This document shows, piece by piece, positions 1-6,196 of a stretch of 64,000 nucleotides of DNA. Each line of letters begins with the position of its first letter. The first letter of the stretch is position 1. Below the pieces are notes generated by a model. It was not told the DNA's origin. It worked only from the letters and a program-made list of their open reading frames with translations, and searched no databases. Source of the DNA: a virus (lineage: Duplodnaviria; Caudoviricetes). The stretch spans positions 1-64,000 of IMG/VR virus record IMGVR_UViG_3300042363_000275, one strand, 5' to 3'. The position numbers and the translations under genes were made by a program.

Positions 1-76
1 CAATACTCCATAACAAATTAACAACGGACAAGAAACATTATACTACGAACAATCGCAAAAGTAAACCAGGCAAGAA

Positions 77-217
77 TTACAGGCTATGCAGCGGGAATCG
101 CTGCCGCAAGAATGCGAGTGCTTCTTGCTTGCTGCCAAACTTACCTGAGATCGGAGTCTGATGCCGACCTCGGACAATGTACCAACCACCTAACAACTTG
201 TTGAATACAATCTTCAT
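77..217 (-). CDS. Hypothetical protein, 46 aa (MKIVFNKLLGGWYIVRG...)
   Basis: Translated by hand; ATG overlaps the TAA of 217..546 (TAATG). Confidence 0.5.
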   Translation of the reverse strand: MKIVFNKLLGGWYIVRGRHQTPISGKFGSKQEALAFLRQRFPLHSL

Positions 218-546
218 TACTTCACCACCAGAGCAGCGTCGCGCGCTTTCTTGGCGTCCATCACTCTTCGGAGAAAATTGGTCTCAGGAATCAGGTCAAG
301 ACGGTCAGGCTCAACGAGCGTCATCTCATCCTCATGAATCCAAGCCAGCGTGTTATCTTCATTCAAGAGATACACATTGAAATTTTTTTGCGCGACTCGA
401 CCATGGTCGTGACTCTCCTCGGCACAAGAACTGAGAACAATTGCATTGCCTCTGTTGCGCCGCGAACCAAGTCCGTCGATGACCACCAAATCACCATGAA
501 AAAACTTCTGGTAAATCGGTTTGAGTTTCTTCACTTTCTTACTCAT
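217..546 (-). CDS. Hypothetical protein, paralog of 15213..15560
   Basis: ORF track; shared KFFxGDLVxI and LVExDRLDLxPE motifs. Confidence 0.7.
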   Translation of the reverse strand: MSKKVKKLKPIYQKFFHGDLVVIDGLGSRRNRGNAIVLSSCAEESHDHGRVAQKNFNVYLLNEDNTLAWIHEDEMTLVEPDRLDLIPETNFLRRVMDAKKARDAALVVK

Positions 547-575
547 TAGTCCATCCTCGAGCCAGCGTAGGCTCT

Positions 576-842
576 TTAGAGCCGCTCGCTGGGATGGGGA
601 TTCCCGCTGCCATCGTAGAAGTCGTTGTAATCAGGGTTGCAGTTCGCGGCGTCGTTCATGTCGCGACTGACAAGCCACTCGCGGAGACGAGTCCATCGCG
701 CCTTCTTCCCATCGGTCAGACTCTTGCGAGCCAGAACCGCATCCACCCGAACAAGCGCATCAGTAGCACTGACCTCGCAAGCCACAACCAGAGCCTTGAT
801 GTCGCTGGCACTCGCCAACGCAAGAGGATTCGTGGTAGTCAT
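576..842 (-). CDS. Hypothetical early protein
   Basis: ORF track; abuts the upstream gene. Confidence 0.6.
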   Translation of the reverse strand: MTTTNPLALASASDIKALVVACEVSATDALVRVDAVLARKSLTDGKKARWTRLREWLVSRDMNDAANCNPDYNDFYDGSGNPHPSERL

Positions 843-1222
843 TAGGCGAGACCTCGCTCAGCGTTCATCGCAGCAACCTGCGCAGCCGTCCACACAACAC
901 CCTTCGTCGACTTCCTCGTCGCCTTCTGAGCGCGAGCAAACTCACGCTGCTTCAGAGCCTCGAGCCGCGCCTCAGCCTTCGCGATCCGCGCAGCCACACG
1001 CTCCGCACGCTTCGCGTCGCGAGCAACCTTCGTCGCTGCACGAGCATCTTCCTTCACGACGCGATTAATCTGCGTTTCGCGACGGATCGCACCGCGCATC
1101 TCCTTGATGTATCGGCGCGACACCTTATTCTCTTCAAGTGCACGCTTGATAAGAGCGACGCGATCCTTAACAGTCGCGATCTCGGCGTCGCGCTTCGCCT
1201 TCATTTCGTTTAGAGTCAACAT
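842..1222 (-). CDS. Hypothetical basic, probably coiled-coil early protein
   Basis: ORF track; first gene after the promoter at 1274-1302; GGAAG SD-like sequence. Confidence 0.7.
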   Translation of the reverse strand: MLTLNEMKAKRDAEIATVKDRVALIKRALEENKVSRRYIKEMRGAIRRETQINRVVKEDARAATKVARDAKRAERVAARIAKAEARLEALKQREFARAQKATRKSTKGVVWTAAQVAAMNAERGLA

Positions 1223-1273
1223 ATATCTTTCTTCCTATTTCGCGGCGAGAACCATTTCTCACCCTATACAACC

Positions 1274-1302
1274 ATTATACTATTGCACCCAAGAATTGTA
1301 AA
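1274..1302 (-). promoter_or_regulatory. Early sigma70-type promoter (GTTTACA-17-TATAAT)
   Basis: TTTACA, 17 nt, TATAAT; resembles the T4 early promoter consensus. Confidence 0.8.
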
Positions 1303-1320
1303 CCAGTAAAACTCTAATGA

Positions 1321-1407
1321 AATCAATGACTTACCCGAAGTCTAATAAAATCAATGACTTGCGCAATAGTAGCCCAAACAGGAAACTGTAATGAAATCAA
1401 TGACTTG
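1321..1407. promoter_or_regulatory. Three IHF-consensus boxes (AATCAATGACTTR)
   Basis: Matches to WATCAANNNNTTR at 1321-1333, 1349-1361 and 1395-1407. Confidence 0.65.
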
Positions 1408-1515
1408 CGTGTGCTCCTGCAGGCTCCTGTGGAGTCCTTGGAGGGGCGACTTAAATGGGGGATATTAGGGTCGCCCCCAGAACGGGGGACGCCAATAGAG
1501 AGTCTGGTGAAGAAT

Positions 1516-1591
1516 TGGTAGCGGGGGGTGGCTCTGCCCCACCGACATCAGGATTATGAGTCCCGCACTCTGCTAACTGAGTTACCCCGCA
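1516..1591 (-). tRNA. tRNA-Met(CAT), probably initiator, atypical T-loop
   Basis: Cloverleaf; CT-CAT-AA loop; 1:72 mismatch; encoded CCA; T-loop GGCAGAG. Confidence 0.75.
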
Positions 1592-1606
1592 ATTTCAATT
1601 CTATCT

Positions 1607-1723
1607 CTATTTAGGTTTCTGTTCTTCTTTCTTCTTTCCGAAGATGCGCTCCCAGCTATCATCAAACTGTTTGCGCGGAACACTCAATGGTCTAGGCTTG
1701 CTTCCTTTGCCGCCAGTACTCAT
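1607..1723 (-). CDS. Small hypothetical protein, 38 aa (MSTGGKGSKPRPLSVPRKQFDDSWERIFGKK...)
   Basis: Translated by hand; ATGA overlap with the HNH gene. Confidence 0.55.
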   Translation of the reverse strand: MSTGGKGSKPRPLSVPRKQFDDSWERIFGKKKEEQKPK

Positions 1724-2292
1724 GATACATTTCTCCAAACACGACTGTTCTTTGGAATGCTTGCCTTTAGATATTCCATTTGATCAGCAAGCACTCTACG
1801 ATTCTTCAGCAAGATTCTTTCATGAACAGTCGGCGCATAAGGAACATAGAGAAGATGCATCTTGGCTTCTTCTGGAGTCTTCCATCCCTTACGGTGATTA
1901 CATGTACGGCATGCTGTTACGCAATTAGTCCAGTGATTGCTACCACCACGCGACTTCGGATGAACATGGTCAATCGTCAATTGACTCGTGCTGAATTCAT
2001 TTCCACAATATGCACATAGATGCTGGTCTCGAGCATACAATGTCATGCGATCGGCGAACACTGTTTGTGTGTTGTAGAATTTATCACCAAGCAATGGACC
2101 ACTCACACCAATGATGCAAGAGATGTCAATGCGTGACTGTTCACCATGCTCATTGTGTCCACCAAGCATGGTTTTCATCTTCTCGCCCAATTCCCAGATA
2201 ACCTTCTTCTTGGCATAATAACATGTTGCCATTTCGAAGTTTACCCAGTCTTTAGGCATACCACCTTTGTCTACAACTAACACTAACGACAT
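1720..2292 (-). CDS. HNH endonuclease (McrA-like, CxxC zinc knuckles)
   Basis: CAYCG..TIDHVHPKSRGG..NCVTACRTCNHRKG. Confidence 0.9.
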   Translation of the reverse strand: MSLVLVVDKGGMPKDWVNFEMATCYYAKKKVIWELGEKMKTMLGGHNEHGEQSRIDISCIIGVSGPLLGDKFYNTQTVFADRMTLYARDQHLCAYCGNEFSTSQLTIDHVHPKSRGGSNHWTNCVTACRTCNHRKGWKTPEEAKMHLLYVPYAPTVHERILLKNRRVLADQMEYLKASIPKNSRVWRNVS

Positions 2293-2312
2293 ATTCTCCT
2301 CTACATTATATA

Positions 2313-2389
2313 TGGTGCCTTCGGACAGATTCGAACTGTCACTGATTAGTTCCTAAGACTAACGCCTCTGCCAGTTGGGCTACGAAGGC
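2313..2389 (-). tRNA. tRNA-Leu(TAG) with short variable loop
   Basis: TTAGT-CT-TAG-GA-ACTAA; TTCGAAT T-loop; A73-CCA. Confidence 0.9.
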
Positions 2390-2395
2390 AAAATT

Positions 2396-2485
2396 TGGCG
2401 GAAGCGGAAGGATTCGAACCTTCGTGACCCGTTAAGATCTGCTTGTTTTCAAGACAAGTGCAATCATCCACTCTGCCACGCTTCC
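2396..2485 (-). tRNA. tRNA-Ser(TGA)
   Basis: CTTGT-CT-TGA-AA-ACAAG; long variable arm; G73-CCA. Confidence 0.95.
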
Positions 2486-2808
2486 TAATTGTTTAGTTTA
2501 TTATATTCCTTCCTGACGAACGAGTCAAGTGCATCTACAATCTTTCTAATTCTATATATTTGATTACCACCAGTTGATTCCAAAGTTTCTGCTTTTAAAG
2601 CATGCAGCATCATCTCAAGATCGTATCCTGAGATTTCTTTTGCTCTAATTTTTACTAATAGATTTCTGTATGCTTTTGCCTGTGGATATACTTGTGAGTT
2701 GTATGAGAAGCCAGATGCTGATGCACCTTTGTTTTCCAACGCATCACATAGCATATCTACATGTGGTTGAAGATCTTCGAATTTAAATTTTTTCGGAGCA
2801 TCGCTCAT
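2485..2808 (-). CDS. Hypothetical protein
   Basis: ORF track; ATGA overlap. Confidence 0.6.
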   Translation of the reverse strand: MSDAPKKFKFEDLQPHVDMLCDALENKGASASGFSYNSQVYPQAKAYRNLLVKIRAKEISGYDLEMMLHALKAETLESTGGNQIYRIRKIVDALDSFVRKEYNKLNN

Positions 2809-2987
2809 ACTTCAGATTTAACTGGACCCCACTTTCCAACAGGGCACTTTGTATTTGCCCATTGTGTTTTAAGTTTAAGAATACAGCCACACTTTCTGCA
2901 AACACTGAGTTTGTTGTGTTCGCAGGTTGCGCAGATATTCATTCGTTCCTGTTGAATCTCTGGTGTTGTTCTTAAATTGTCAAACAT
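2805..2987 (-). CDS. Small Cys-rich protein (DUF6171-like)
   Basis: RxxICxxC..CxxCGC..CPxGKW pattern. Confidence 0.6.
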   Translation of the reverse strand: MFDNLRTTPEIQQERMNICATCEHNKLSVCRKCGCILKLKTQWANTKCPVGKWGPVKSEV

Positions 2988-3002
2988 AACACTTCTCTAA
3001 AT

Positions 3003-3076
3003 TGGAGCGGGATGAGAGAATCGAACTCTCGACCGAAGATTGGAAATCTGCTGTTTTACCATTAAACTAATCCCGC
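3003..3076 (-). tRNA. tRNA-Gly(TCC)
   Basis: TT-TCC-AA loop; T73-CCA. Confidence 0.95.
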
Positions 3077-3080
3077 ATTC

Positions 3081-3165
3081 TGGTGCGACTGGTCGGACTC
3101 GAACCGACATTCCTAACGGAGGCAGATTTTAAGTCTGCTGCGGATACCGATTTCGCCACAGTCGC
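3081..3165 (-). tRNA. tRNA-Leu(TAA)
   Basis: GCAGA-CT-TAA-AA-TCTGC; long variable arm; CCA. Confidence 0.95.
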
Positions 3166-3170
3166 AAAAA

Positions 3171-3749
3171 TTACTTCAACGACTCCATAATGTCATTGTA
3201 TACTTGATCTTGCTTGTCATGTACAAGTTCCCAAATATTCTCAGACCAAAGTTCATTATAAACTTCACTCTGTTCTTCTTGATCAAGTTCCTTGAGCGAC
3301 GGAACCATCTGCTCCATCATCTCTGTGATTTCGCCGTCTTCACCCCACTCACATCCATCAATCATTCCATCTTTGTTGTAAACATATACACCAAAGAAGT
3401 TTGGCATTTCGTCTTCATACATGACGGACGCGATGAAGTCGGGGTCAACAGAAACAATCTGCTCAAAGAGCCACTCTAATCCTGCTTGCGGAAAACTCCA
3501 AGCAGAAACTGTATTGAAATAATCTTCACCACGATCTTCGAAGTAACACCACTTCGGTCCAATGTTTTCTAAATTCCAGTCATACTTATCTGTAATTTCT
3601 GGATCAAGACCGAAGATGTCACTGAACCACTCATAAATGACTGCTTTGTCAGATCCAGTTCGAACGCGCGAGTATAGTTCTTGCAACTTTGCTTTGCCAG
3701 CATCGTTGAGTTTCTCAAAACGAACATGAGTGTTTACATGATTTGCCAT
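3171..3749 (-). CDS. Hypothetical protein, YubB/DUF1281 ferredoxin-like resemblance
   Basis: [18 protein letters not shown] resembles the YDW..NWGTKW..TAWSPP motif. Confidence 0.55.
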   Translation of the reverse strand: MANHVNTHVRFEKLNDAGKAKLQELYSRVRTGSDKAVIYEWFSDIFGLDPEITDKYDWNLENIGPKWCYFEDRGEDYFNTVSAWSFPQAGLEWLFEQIVSVDPDFIASVMYEDEMPNFFGVYVYNKDGMIDGCEWGEDGEITEMMEQMVPSLKELDQEEQSEVYNELWSENIWELVHDKQDQVYNDIMESLK

Positions 3750-3767
3750 AATATATCCTCAATAAAA

Positions 3768-3844
3768 TGGTCGGACAGAGAGGATTCGAACCTCCGACCC
3801 TCTGCTCCCAAAGCAGATGCACTACCAGGCTGTGCTACTGTCCG
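3768..3844 (-). tRNA. tRNA-Pro(TGG)
   Basis: TCTGC-TT-TGG-GA-GCAGA; CCA. Confidence 0.95.
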
Positions 3845-3855
3845 ATTGTTTATAT

Positions 3856-3884
3856 ATTATACTATATCTAGTCACAAAAGTAAA
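3856..3884 (-). promoter_or_regulatory. Internal early-type promoter (TTTACT-17-TATAAT)
   Basis: Hexamers with 17-nt spacing upstream of tRNA-Pro. Confidence 0.7.
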
Positions 3885-3885
3885 G

Positions 3886-3962
3886 TGGTGGGACCACTTG
3901 GACTTGAACCAAGAATCAACAAATTATGAGTTTGCTGCATTAACCAATTATGCTATAGTCCC
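3886..3962 (-). tRNA. tRNA-Ile2(CAT), lysidine type
   Basis: CT-CAT-AA loop; overall resemblance to E. coli ileX-type tRNA; CCA. Confidence 0.8.
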
Positions 3963-3967
3963 AAGAG

Positions 3968-4058
3968 TGGTCCTTGTCCTGGGTAACGATCCCAGCCGTG
4001 AACGGTAATCTGCCGCTAAAGAGTTTATAAATCTCTCCTGCACCCTGTGCTGACAAGG
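3968..4058 (-). tRNA. Atypical tRNA with TAT anticodon, long variable arm and 3-nt D-loop
   Basis: Acceptor CCTTGTC/GACAAGG; TT-TAT-AA loop; T-arm CTGGG-ATCGTTA-CCCAG; A73-CCA. Confidence 0.7.
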
Positions 4059-4075
4059 ATATTGTTCAATAAAAA

Positions 4076-4151
4076 TGGCACGCTCGGCAGGATTCGAACC
4101 TGCGACCCCAAACTTAGAAGGTTTGTGTTCTATCCCCTGAACTACGAGCGC
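4076..4151 (-). tRNA. tRNA-Arg(TCT)
   Basis: CAAAC-CT-TCT-AA-GTTTG; CCA. Confidence 0.95.
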
Positions 4152-4155
4152 AAAA

Positions 4156-4243
4156 TGGCGGAAGGCAGTGTACTCGAAACACATTCCTGTTTAGGAACAT
4201 TTTGTTTAGCAAACAAATGTGAACCCTGTTCACTTTACCTTCC
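4156..4243 (-). tRNA. tRNA-Ser(GCT)
   Basis: TT-GCT-AA loop; long variable arm; G73-CCA; D-arm GTGAAC-AGG-GTTCAC. Confidence 0.9.
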
Positions 4244-4247
4244 AATA

Positions 4248-4324
4248 TGGCGACTCGGATGGGACTTGAACCCACGACCTCATGCGTGACAGGCATGTGA
4301 ACTAACCAACTGTTCTACCGAGCC
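4248..4324 (-). tRNA. tRNA-Asp(GTC)
   Basis: CATGC-CT-GTC-AC-GCATG; CCA. Confidence 0.95.
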
Positions 4325-4328
4325 AAAA

Positions 4329-4403
4329 TGGAGCAGGATATCGGATTCGAACCGATGGCATTCTCGTTGGCAACGAGACATTCTACCACTGAATTAATCC
4401 TGC
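4329..4403 (-). tRNA. tRNA-Gly(GCC)
   Basis: TT-GCC-AA loop; CCA. Confidence 0.95.
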
Positions 4404-4407
4404 GAAA

Positions 4408-4481
4408 TGGTGGATCCAAAAGGTAACGCTCCTTTGTCTTTCGATTATCAGTCGAATGTACTTCTTTTGTACTATGGATCC
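4408..4481 (-). tRNA. tRNA-Ile(GAT), atypical D- and T-loops
   Basis: TTCGA-CT-GAT-AA-TCGAA; D-loop AAAAGAA; T-loop AGCGTTA; CCA. Confidence 0.85.
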
Positions 4482-4487
4482 GAAATG

Positions 4488-4564
4488 TGGCACCCCATGA
4501 AGGACTTGAACCTCCGACCTCGATGTCCGTAGCATCGCGTTCTAATCCACTGAACTAATGAGGC
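4488..4564 (-). tRNA. tRNA-Arg(ACG)
   Basis: CGATG-CT-ACG-GA-CATCG; CCA. Confidence 0.95.
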
Positions 4565-4650
4565 GTAATAAATCCCAGTCGATCCACCCTGGATCTTCTC
4601 TCGCTTCTGGGTGCAGCGCTACCGATTAACGATGGTAGAACCGTCGCGAT

Positions 4651-4725
4651 TGGTGCCAAGTGTTGGTATCGCGCCAACCTATCAAGTTCTTCAGACTTGC
4701 GCTAATCTATCTCAGCTAACTTGGC
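4651..4725 (-). tRNA. tRNA-Phe(GAA), atypical T-loop
   Basis: CAAGT-CT-GAA-GA-ACTTG; T-loop CGCGATA; CCA. Confidence 0.85.
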
Positions 4726-4842
4726 GAATTCTTTTACAGGGCAGACCTTTGTTACCTGTCTATGTGCGTACGACACCAACTGCGTTGTTAAGTTATCGCA
4801 ATGTGGAAGGGTAATTACTCCTATTCATTGCTTTTTACAAAT

Positions 4843-4917
4843 TGGAGTGACAGACTGGACTCGAACCAGCATGAAGAAGTTTTGCAGACTTCTGCCTGAC
4901 CTTTCAGCCACCGTCAC
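4843..4917 (-). tRNA. tRNA-Cys(GCA)
   Basis: GAAGT-CT-GCA-AA-ACTTC; T73-CCA. Confidence 0.95.
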
Positions 4918-4926
4918 ATGTTAAAA

Positions 4927-5002
4927 TGGTAGAAACAGTGAGACTCGAACTCACGATAAACACCGTATGAAGGTGGCGCATTAGCCGCTATGCTATGTTT
5001 CT
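4927..5002 (-). tRNA. tRNA-Met(CAT), elongator type
   Basis: TT-CAT-AC loop; paired 1:72; CCA. Confidence 0.8.
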
Positions 5003-5006
5003 ATAT

Positions 5007-5081
5007 TGGGGTGATGACTGGGACTCGAACCCAGATATACCAGGATCACAACCTGGGGACTTACCATTAGTCAACCATCAC
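5007..5081 (-). tRNA. tRNA-His(GTG)
   Basis: CCAGG-TT-GTG-AT-CCTGG; C73-CCA. Confidence 0.95.
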
Positions 5082-5086
5082 ATAAT

Positions 5087-5189
5087 TGGTGGACTGTGTG
5101 GGTAACACTACCACAGTGGCTAGTTTGTTTCTTACAGCCCATTCTATCTTGTTATAGGGACTACCAACCTTCACTGTCTAACTCAGCCC
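5087..5189 (-). ncRNA. tRNA-like RNA with alanine-type acceptor (G3:U70, A73, CCA) and no canonical anticodon loop
   Basis: 5' GGGCTG pairs with 3' CAGTCC-A-CCA; T-arm-like TGTGG..CCACA; spaced like the neighbouring tRNAs. Confidence 0.6.
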
Positions 5190-5195
5190 AAAGAA

Positions 5196-5254
5196 TGGCG
5201 GCATTCACTTTCGTCTTCCGTGCAGAACCAAGCGCACGGACCTGGCTGAATGCC
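5196..5254 (-). ncRNA. 59-nt armless tRNA-like RNA ending in GCCA
   Basis: 8-bp stem GGCATTCA/TGAATGCC plus G-CCA; internal stem TCCGTGC/GCACGGA. Confidence 0.6.
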
Positions 5255-5258
5255 TAAT

Positions 5259-5404
5259 TGGTGTGACAGGGTAGGAGTCGAACCTACATAACCATAGACC
5301 TGCGCAGGTCATTTTGGTGCCAGGCTCACTGACTGGCGTGACTCTCCAAGAGTTTATTCGACATAACTCTATTCTTCACCGCCTGCACATTGTACAAACA
5401 TCAC
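5259..5404 (-). ncRNA. 130-146-nt multi-hairpin tRNA-like RNA with canonical T-arm and CCA
   Basis: GTAGG-TTCGACT-CCTAC T-arm; ..TGTCAC-A-CCA end; internal hairpins AGAGTT/AACTCT, GCCAG/CTGGC, GACCT/AGGTC. Confidence 0.6.
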
Positions 5405-5409
5405 ATAAT

Positions 5410-5496
5410 TGGTGGACAGGGCTAGATTCGAACTAGCGTAACCCATTGGGTGATTGATTTACAGTCAATTGGATTTAACCACTCTCCCACCTGTCC
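5410..5496 (-). tRNA. tRNA-Tyr(GTA)
   Basis: ATTGA-CT-GTA-AA-TCAAT; long variable arm; CCA. Confidence 0.95.
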
Positions 5497-5501
5497 AAAA
5501 A

Positions 5502-5575
5502 TGGCTGAGGGACCTGGACTCGAACCAGGACTCTCTGGGTCAAAGCCAGATGATCTGCCATTAATCTATCCCTCA
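5502..5575 (-). tRNA. tRNA-Gln(TTG)
   Basis: TCTGG-CT-TTG-AC-CCAGA; CCA. Confidence 0.95.
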
Positions 5576-5582
5576 AAAAAGA

Positions 5583-5691
5583 TTTGCTGCTTGCACTCTA
5601 TGCTATCGACTCAACTGCTTTACAATTGATTACAGTTTATTGTGATAGTTACATAACGCTCGATCTAGCCTCTGGGCTTACAAGCAACAAA
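5583..5691 (-). ncRNA. Candidate structured ncRNA between tRNA-Val and tRNA-Gln
   Basis: 13-bp closing stem TTTGTTGCTTGTA/TGCAAGCAGCAAA with two G-U pairs; inner stems AGCC/GGCT, ATCGA/TCGAT, AACTG/CAGTT. Confidence 0.45.
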
Positions 5692-5693
5692 AT

Positions 5694-5769
5694 TGGTACT
5701 CGGTGACGGGTTCGAACCGCCGACATTCTGGATGTAAACCAGACACTCTACCAACTGAGTTAACCGAGC
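5694..5769 (-). tRNA. tRNA-Val(TAC)
   Basis: TCTGG-TT-TAC-AT-CCAGA; CCA. Confidence 0.95.
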
Positions 5770-5773
5770 AAAA

Positions 5774-5848
5774 TGGTGGACCGTGGGAGAATCGAACTCC
5801 CTTCTCTGCGATGCAAACGCAGCATAATACCCAGTATACTAACAGCCC
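5774..5848 (-). tRNA. tRNA-Ala(TGC)
   Basis: TT-TGC-AT loop; G3:U70; A73-CCA. Confidence 0.95.
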
Positions 5849-5853
5849 AAAAA

Positions 5854-5928
5854 TGGCTGGCGCGGGTGGGATCGAACCACCGACAGGCTGATTAACAGTC
5901 AGCTGATCTACCGCTGATCTACGCGCCA
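5854..5928 (-). tRNA. tRNA-Asn(GTT)
   Basis: GCTGA-CT-GTT-AA-TCAGC; CCA. Confidence 0.95.
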
Positions 5929-6036
5929 AAATAGCTGCGGTGTAAGTAACCACCGCTCCTGCTCTTTTCTTTAGGTAGAGTCACACACCGTATCCCATTA
6001 TTAAGTGCGGGAGTTCTCACACTATGCATTAGGAAA

Positions 6037-6110
6037 TGGCATCCCGCCACAGAATCGAACTGCGACCAAGAGTTTTGGAGACTCGTATGCTACCACTACA
6101 CCAGCGGGAA
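6037..6110 (-). tRNA. tRNA-Trp(CCA)
   Basis: CT-CCA-AA loop; G73-CCA. Confidence 0.9.
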
Positions 6111-6122
6111 ACAATCACAAAA

Positions 6123-6196
6123 TGGTAGGAGTAGAGGGAATCGAACCCTCGTCGAAGGATTAAAAGTCCTATGCTAGACCTTCCAGCTATACTCCC
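6123..6196 (-). tRNA. tRNA-Lys(TTT)
   Basis: CT-TTT-AA loop; CCA. Confidence 0.95.

Noticed and set aside
3968-4058. Selenocysteine tRNA
   Set aside because: Long arm present, but the anticodon is TAT rather than TCA and the fold is 7/5
5087-5404. Complete or permuted tmRNA gene
   Set aside because: No tag reading frame or pseudoknot series seen; each element has its own 5' stem and CCA
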